From the NCBI GenBank assembly GCA_039919745.1, contig JBDSFC010000123.1, forward strand, positions 1-32,774: a stretch of 32,774 nucleotides of DNA, written 5' to 3'. Each line of letters opens with the position of its first letter. Within the stretch, counting starts at the first letter, position 1. Of this stretch, positions 28,270 to 32,774 are shown one piece after another. The notes below the pieces were generated by a model. The model was not told the origin of the DNA, did not search any database, and worked only from the letters and a program-made list of their open reading frames with translations. Source of the DNA: Bacteroidia bacterium. GTDB lineage: Bacteria > Bacteroidota > Bacteroidia > B-17B0 > Aurantibacillaceae. The translations under genes and the position numbers were made by a program.

Positions 28270-28350
28270 TTAGTGATAAAAGATAAAATATAGTACCAGC
28301 ACAAATATTAAGACTACGCTATACAATATATGTTTCGCCATCTTCGACAT
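28270..28350 (-). CDS. Candidate small single-TM protein (23-26 aa)
   Basis: Manual translation MSKMAKHILYSVVLIFVLVLYFIFYH*; ATGs at 28350 and 28341 overlap the end of the GNAT-nitrilase gene. Confidence 0.4.
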   Translation of the reverse strand: MSKMAKHILYSVVLIFVLVLYFIFYH

Positions 28351-29875
28351 AGGTTAACTTGTAAAATCCTTTTTTTCGATCATTCCATGTTTGTGCATTG
28401 CCCATCTCTCTATTTCTTTGAAGTAAGTGCAGATCCAGATCCTGGTAGATCAATGTCTCCGTATTTGGCACGGCTTCTGAAGCAATTGCTTCACGGCTAA
28501 ACTCAACATCAGAAGGTGTTAAGATTGCAGACTGGGAAAAATGAATATCAAGATTACCAACTTCAGGCAAATTACCAACACAACCGGTTAATACAACATA
28601 CACCTGGTTTTCAATTGCCCTTGCTTGCGCACAATATCTAACTCTTAAATAAGCCCTTCTATCATCTGTATTAAAAGGAACAAACAAAATTTTGGCACCC
28701 TTACTTACAGCAATTCTTGCTAATTCGGGGAATTCAATGTCGTAACAAATAAGTATTGCAACCTTACCCTTATCAGTATCAAAAATTTGAATTTTATCGC
28801 CCCCTTTTACTCCCCACCATTTGGTTTCGTAAGGCGTAATGTGAATTTTATATTGGCGCTCATAAGTTCCATCCCGTCTAAATAAATATGAAATGTTATA
28901 AACTGAATCATTTTCAACACAAAAATGTGAGCCTCCGATAATATTAATATTATATTTTATTGCCAGTGAGGTAAACATATCAATATATTGTTGCGTGAAA
29001 TTACCTAACTCTCTAATGGCCTGTGCTGGCCTTTTATCGGGCAAAAAAGAAAGTAGCTGCATCGTCAACATTTCAGGGAAAACAACAAAATCACTTTTGT
29101 AATCTGAGGAAGCATCTACAAAGTACTCACACTGTTTTGCGAAATCTGCAAAACTGGAAATAGACCGCATCTGATATTGAATAGCGCTAACGCGAACATA
29201 AGGTGAGTAATTTATTTTACTCTGAAGTGTTTGGTTTTTATACTGGAAATTAGTCCATTCCAAAAGAGTTGCATAGCCGCATGATTCCTTGTCATTTGGG
29301 AGATAATCAGGCAAAATCCTTTTCAAAGCAAAGCCATTTGCCAACTGCGCGGTAAGCACAGGATCATACACTTTTTTTTCAATCACATTTTCTACATACT
29401 CATTGATATCTAATTTTTTTTGATGCTTAAAATAATTTGGTAATCGTCCGCCAATTAAAATGCGCTTTAAGTTATAATGTTTTGCTATGTTTTTCCGTGC
29501 ATCATATAATCTACGAGAAAGTTTCATCCCCCTGTATTCAGGATCAACCATTATTTCCATACCGTATAAGGTATCTCCATCTAACGTGTGATTACTAATA
29601 TTTCCGCTATCAGTCAGTTCACTCCACGAAGATGTTTCACTATATTTACTGAAATCAATAATTAACGAGCCGCTTGACGCAATAATTTTCTTTTCGTATG
29701 TAATACACTGTTGGCCTTTAGCAAATGTGTTAATTATATTCTTAAATTGCTCTTCACTCCAAGGCTTCATACCCGGAAAGCATTTTAATTGTAGCTTGGT
29801 AATATCATCATAGTCTTTAATAGTAATTGTCCTTAATTTTATTTTTTTAAATAGTTTATCAGTTTTTGTTTCCAT
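28319..29875 (-). CDS. Bifunctional GNAT acetyltransferase / carbon-nitrogen hydrolase (nitrilase family) fusion
   Basis: N-terminal GNAT (VDPEYRGMKLSRRLY, GGR.P.Y, DPVL..QL.NGF); C-terminal catalytic triad FPE / QYKIH / ICYDIEFPE. ATG 29875 preferred over the track's overlapping start at 29923. Confidence 0.93.
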   Translation of the reverse strand: METKTDKLFKKIKLRTITIKDYDDITKLQLKCFPGMKPWSEEQFKNIINTFAKGQQCITYEKKIIASSGSLIIDFSKYSETSSWSELTDSGNISNHTLDGDTLYGMEIMVDPEYRGMKLSRRLYDARKNIAKHYNLKRILIGGRLPNYFKHQKKLDINEYVENVIEKKVYDPVLTAQLANGFALKRILPDYLPNDKESCGYATLLEWTNFQYKNQTLQSKINYSPYVRVSAIQYQMRSISSFADFAKQCEYFVDASSDYKSDFVVFPEMLTMQLLSFLPDKRPAQAIRELGNFTQQYIDMFTSLAIKYNINIIGGSHFCVENDSVYNISYLFRRDGTYERQYKIHITPYETKWWGVKGGDKIQIFDTDKGKVAILICYDIEFPELARIAVSKGAKILFVPFNTDDRRAYLRVRYCAQARAIENQVYVVLTGCVGNLPEVGNLDIHFSQSAILTPSDVEFSREAIASEAVPNTETLIYQDLDLHLLQRNREMGNAQTWNDRKKGFYKLTYVEDGETYIV

Positions 29876-29903
29876 ATATTTTTTTATAATTTTTATTGAA
29901 AGA

Positions 29904-30752
29904 TCAGCTAAGTTGCACCCCAAAAACGGGCGCAGGAGAGTTGAAAATTAGCCTGCTGTATAAAGATGGATAAATAATTGACGTTAAAAGTGTTTTACTT
30001 TTTGAAGGTGTGATTGCAATAAGGTCTGCTTTTTGTTTTTCAGAGTAAGCAATAAGTTCCTTTAAGCTGGTTTCGCCTTCAAACCTTTTTACAGTACTTA
30101 AAACATTTTGTTCTTCTAAAATTGAAATTGCTTTGTCGAATATTAGGTCGAAGTCTGAATTGGAAGATGAACTTTTTTCATTCATGCCTATAGCATGTAT
30201 TTTACCGCCTGTTTGCTTAGCCAATGCCACCATAAAAGGTATTTTCTCATACCAGTTAGCTAAATTTCTAATGGGAATAATAATATTTCTAAAATCAACT
30301 GTTCGATAAAATTTATTAACGCAAATTACCGGTATATTCGTTTGTTCCATAATTTTTAATGGGCGGTACTTTGATATTACTCTGCTAAAAAAACTTTTCG
30401 AATCGTCGGGTAATACTATTAAATCATATTCATCATTTTTAGCAAAATCAATAATTGTGCTCGAGCAAAAGCCATAACATGTCTGGTATGAGTAAGCTGA
30501 GGGATTAATAAAATTCTTCAATATATAATCCTCAACGGCTTCGGCAGATTCTATTTTGTATTTATACATGTTAGCTAATTGCCCGGAATTGAATCTTGCA
30601 GGTTCTTGTGAAAGAAACGGTTCTATAATATTTAGTAAATGAATTTTAGCATTAAATTCATTAGCGAATTTGTCGGCCACCTTTAGAGCATTTAGCGAAG
30701 AGTTGCTAAAATCAAATGGTACAAGAATTTTTTTAATTTTGTAATTGATCAT
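29904..30752 (-). CDS. Universal stress protein (tandem USP domains)
   Basis: KKILVPFDFS..S.NAL..A, DLIV, PVI, second domain F.NI.IP...ADLIAI...PV. Confidence 0.92.
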   Translation of the reverse strand: MINYKIKKILVPFDFSNSSLNALKVADKFANEFNAKIHLLNIIEPFLSQEPARFNSGQLANMYKYKIESAEAVEDYILKNFINPSAYSYQTCYGFCSSTIIDFAKNDEYDLIVLPDDSKSFFSRVISKYRPLKIMEQTNIPVICVNKFYRTVDFRNIIIPIRNLANWYEKIPFMVALAKQTGGKIHAIGMNEKSSSSNSDFDLIFDKAISILEEQNVLSTVKRFEGETSLKELIAYSEKQKADLIAITPSKSKTLLTSIIYPSLYSRLIFNSPAPVFGVQLS

Positions 30753-30817
30753 GGTAATAGATATTAGTGATAAAAAATAGATTCTTATAAAAACAAGATC
30801 TTGAAAACATTAAGAAG

Positions 30818-30850
30818 AAAAAACCTGCCGGAATTGGAAAACCGGCAGAT
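30818..30850 (-). terminator. Intrinsic terminator upstream of the USP gene
   Basis: Minus-strand UCUGCCGG-uuuuccaauu-CCGGCAGG followed by UUUUUU. Confidence 0.75.
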
Positions 30851-30919
30851 TTGATCACCCAAAAGAAATTATAAGCATTCTTTCTGATATAAAATTAAGA
30901 ATGCTTTACTGAAAGGAAA

Positions 30920-30933
30920 ATGATAATTATCAA
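30920..30933 (-). promoter_or_regulatory. FNR/Crp-type box (TTGAT-AATT-ATCAT on minus strand)
   Basis: 9/10 consensus match; TAATTTTA lies 22 nt downstream on minus (30890-30897). Confidence 0.65.
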
Positions 30934-30987
30934 TTAAAAGTTTTTTTTGTAATATTCCGATTCAAAAAAAACAGGCATATTGAAAAT

Positions 30988-31134
30988 TCAATTCCCACTC
31001 TCATTTCTTTTTTTGTATAGAAGCAGCTTTTTCTTGTTTTTCATACGCACGATTGCAGTAAGAATGGCCATAATTAGTATACAAACAACACACATTGAAA
31101 AGAGAGCTACTGCAAATACGACAAGTATGTCCAT
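30988..31134 (-). CDS. Small single-TM protein (48 aa) directly downstream of the KamA-like gene
   Basis: Manual translation MDILVVFAVALFSMCVVCILIMAILTAIVRMKNKKKLLLYKKRNESGN*; ATG 1 nt after the KamA-like TAA; hydrophobic helix then basic tail. Confidence 0.65.
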   Translation of the reverse strand: MDILVVFAVALFSMCVVCILIMAILTAIVRMKNKKKLLLYKKRNESGN

Positions 31135-31135
31135 T

Positions 31136-32473
31136 TTATTCAAAACTTTCTGTTTCAGCTTCACTTAATTTTTGATCGAATAGTAATTCGAATTCTTCTT
31201 CAAAAAAGAATTTTTCTTCGTCAAATGCAGGTTTCAGATCATCCATCCAAATAGCATTTTTATCGTATTTTGCAAAAAATGGACGTGCTACCCAATCAGG
31301 ATTTCTTCCTTGTAACATCCGCAGAACAAATACTTTTTCACCTTTAATTTCCGATACGCCCAGCACCTGAACTTTACCGGGCGTGCAAGACATGCTGGGT
31401 CCACGAACCGTTCGGCAAACCCCACTTACATTTTGGTAAGCTGTTCTAAATATCTTCCAGGCGTTTTCTAAACTTAAAGCAAAGTAATCCTGAGCGCCGG
31501 TATCACGCGGTATAAACATATAATAAGGGATACAATTTTGATTAACCTGTTTACGCCACATCTCTGCCCATAAATCGGGCGAATCGTTTATATGTTTTAG
31601 TAGTGGCGATTGTGTTCGTATTTGTACACCTACGTTTCTTAATTTTTTTATTGCATTTTTTACAGCCGCTGTATCCATTTCAACTGGATGAGAAAAATGC
31701 GCCATAAAGGATAAATTAATCCCTTTCTTTACTATTTTATAAAACAGATCTAACATTTCGTCAGCATCGTCATCACTTATAAATTTATACGGCCAGTAGC
31801 CCAAAGCCTTAGTGCCAATGCGAATAGTTTGTAAATTTGGAATATCTGCGTTTAAAAGGGGCTCAATATAAGAAGCAAATATTTTCGCTTTCATGATCAT
31901 AGGGTCACCACCTGTGAATAATATATCTGTTACCTGTGGATTTTCTATTACATAATCCCGTAATTGATTAGCTTCTTTGGTTGCAAATTTCATTTCATCC
32001 ATTCCGACAAATTGTGGCCAGCGAAAACAAAATGTACAATAGGCATGGCAGGTTTGTCCCTGACTTGGGAAAAATAAAACGGTTTCTTTATATTTTTGTT
32101 GCATACCCATTAGCTTTTCTCCGTTTAGTTCAGGTACATTGTGTTCTAACTGTCCTGCGGGATGTGGGTTTAATTCTTTACGAATTATATTTGCAATATT
32201 TTTAATTTCATCTTTATTATTAGTGCGTTGTAAAGTAGCTCTCATCATTTCATAATGCTCTTTGCTTAACATTCCTTTTTGAGGAAAAGTTAATTTAAAC
32301 ATTGGATCGTTATGTATATTATCCCAGTCAATAAGTTCGTTAACAACATAATTATTTGTTTTAAAAGGCAAAACATTACCGACTACTTCAATTGCCTCTA
32401 GTTGCTGAGATGAAAGCCTGCTAATTTGCGGGAGATTTTTATAGTTGTGAAGTGAATAAGATTGTAATTTCAT
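31136..32473 (-). CDS. KamA-family (lysine 2,3-aminomutase-like) radical SAM protein
   Basis: QKY.ETVLFF, CHAYCTFCFR (CxxxCxxC), LFTGGDP, IRIGTK, HFSHP.E, Q.PLL..IND, PYY, GPSMS..PGK (candidate PLP lysine). ATG 32473 preferred over the track's start at 32539, which falls inside an FNR-type box. Confidence 0.92.
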   Translation of the reverse strand: MKLQSYSLHNYKNLPQISRLSSQQLEAIEVVGNVLPFKTNNYVVNELIDWDNIHNDPMFKLTFPQKGMLSKEHYEMMRATLQRTNNKDEIKNIANIIRKELNPHPAGQLEHNVPELNGEKLMGMQQKYKETVLFFPSQGQTCHAYCTFCFRWPQFVGMDEMKFATKEANQLRDYVIENPQVTDILFTGGDPMIMKAKIFASYIEPLLNADIPNLQTIRIGTKALGYWPYKFISDDDADEMLDLFYKIVKKGINLSFMAHFSHPVEMDTAAVKNAIKKLRNVGVQIRTQSPLLKHINDSPDLWAEMWRKQVNQNCIPYYMFIPRDTGAQDYFALSLENAWKIFRTAYQNVSGVCRTVRGPSMSCTPGKVQVLGVSEIKGEKVFVLRMLQGRNPDWVARPFFAKYDKNAIWMDDLKPAFDEEKFFFEEEFELLFDQKLSEAETESFE

Positions 32474-32525
32474 AATATCGTATTTTAAACTTGCTGCAAG
32501 TAACAACAAAATGATTTTTTTTTCA

Positions 32526-32539
32526 TTGATAATTATCAA
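32526..32539. promoter_or_regulatory. FNR/Crp-type box TTGAT-AATT-ATCAA upstream of the KamA-like gene
   Basis: Perfect palindrome, 52 nt upstream of ATG 32473. Confidence 0.75.
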
Positions 32540-32561
32540 TCAGAAAAATATTTTTTTTGGC

Positions 32562-32598
32562 AAAAAAAAACCCGCTGAAAAAAAGTGCTTCAGCGGGT
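32562..32598 (-). terminator. Strong intrinsic terminator
   Basis: Minus-strand CCCGCUGAA-gcacuuuuu-UUCAGCGGG followed by U9. Confidence 0.85.
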
Positions 32599-32655
32599 GC
32601 GTTATTATGGAAAAGTTTATCGCAGTAAAAATAAATTTTCTTTTTATCTATTTTA

Positions 32656-32669
32656 TTGATAATTATCAA
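32656..32669. promoter_or_regulatory. FNR/Crp-type box TTGAT-AATT-ATCAA
   Basis: Perfect palindrome identical to 32526-32539 (130 bp apart); TATTTTTA lies 22 nt downstream on minus (32626-32633). Confidence 0.75.
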
Positions 32670-32774
32670 TATTTTTTTAATATTTAAAACATATAATTAT
32701 GGTCAATTTTTTAATCACTATTAAATGCAAATACAGGTATTAAAATCTAAGATCCATAATGCTTTTGTTACCGA

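Noticed and set aside
29876-29923. N-terminal extension of the GNAT-nitrilase ORF given by the track
   Set aside because: Overlaps the USP gene; ATG 29875 follows an A-rich leader and fits better.
30980-31168. 62-aa plus-strand ORF
   Set aside because: Shadow of the minus-strand 48-aa ORF, which is co-directional with and coupled to the kamA-like gene.
31136-32473. EpmB (EF-P beta-lysylation) call, tempting given the polyproline leader in the window
   Set aside because: The protein is ~445 aa, longer than typical EpmB, and no efp or epmA lies nearby.
32693-32706. Possible fifth FNR-type site (TTGAC-CATA-ATTAT on minus)
   Set aside because: Three mismatches in very AT-rich DNA and no matching -7 element found at 22 nt; context is cut by the window edge.
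1-32774. CRISPR arrays, rRNA, transposases, integrases, phage or defence genes
   Set aside because: No regularly spaced repeats or diagnostic protein motifs were seen.

Overview
AT-rich bacterial DNA, very probably Bacteroidota (TAnnTTTG-type -7 promoter elements, a T9SS C-terminal domain, DUF6427/DUF6341-like pair). 1-11.6 kb is ordinary chromosome: a partial ATL/MGMT-family gene, a TPR-TM-SpoIIE phosphatase whose real N-terminus has no ATG/GTG/TTG start, gltX, a T9SS cargo protein, DUF1501/DUF1800, an amidohydrolase, a YbdL-type aminotransferase and tRNA-Cys(GCA). An accessory-looking region follows the tRNA and a short direct repeat: an RND efflux operon, secreted proteins, NhaP and NhaD antiporters, DUF389, a Csp3-like copper-storage protein, an HPF-like protein, an APC permease, a GNAT-nitrilase fusion, a USP and a KamA-like radical SAM enzyme. 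Three unannotated signals stand out. (1) Two back-to-back leader ORFs end in PPPP and RGPP; each is followed by a strand-specific hairpin ahead of envelope/secretion genes (candidate arrest-peptide attenuators). (2) Four FNR-type TTGAT-N4-ATCAA boxes; three sit exactly 22 nt from a TAnnTTTA element, and two of those appear to drive ~60-nt terminated non-coding transcripts (candidate anoxia sRNAs). (3) Two small single-TM ORFs missed by the ORF track are coupled to the radical SAM and GNAT-nitrilase genes. Family calls come from motif recognition by eye; no searches were run.
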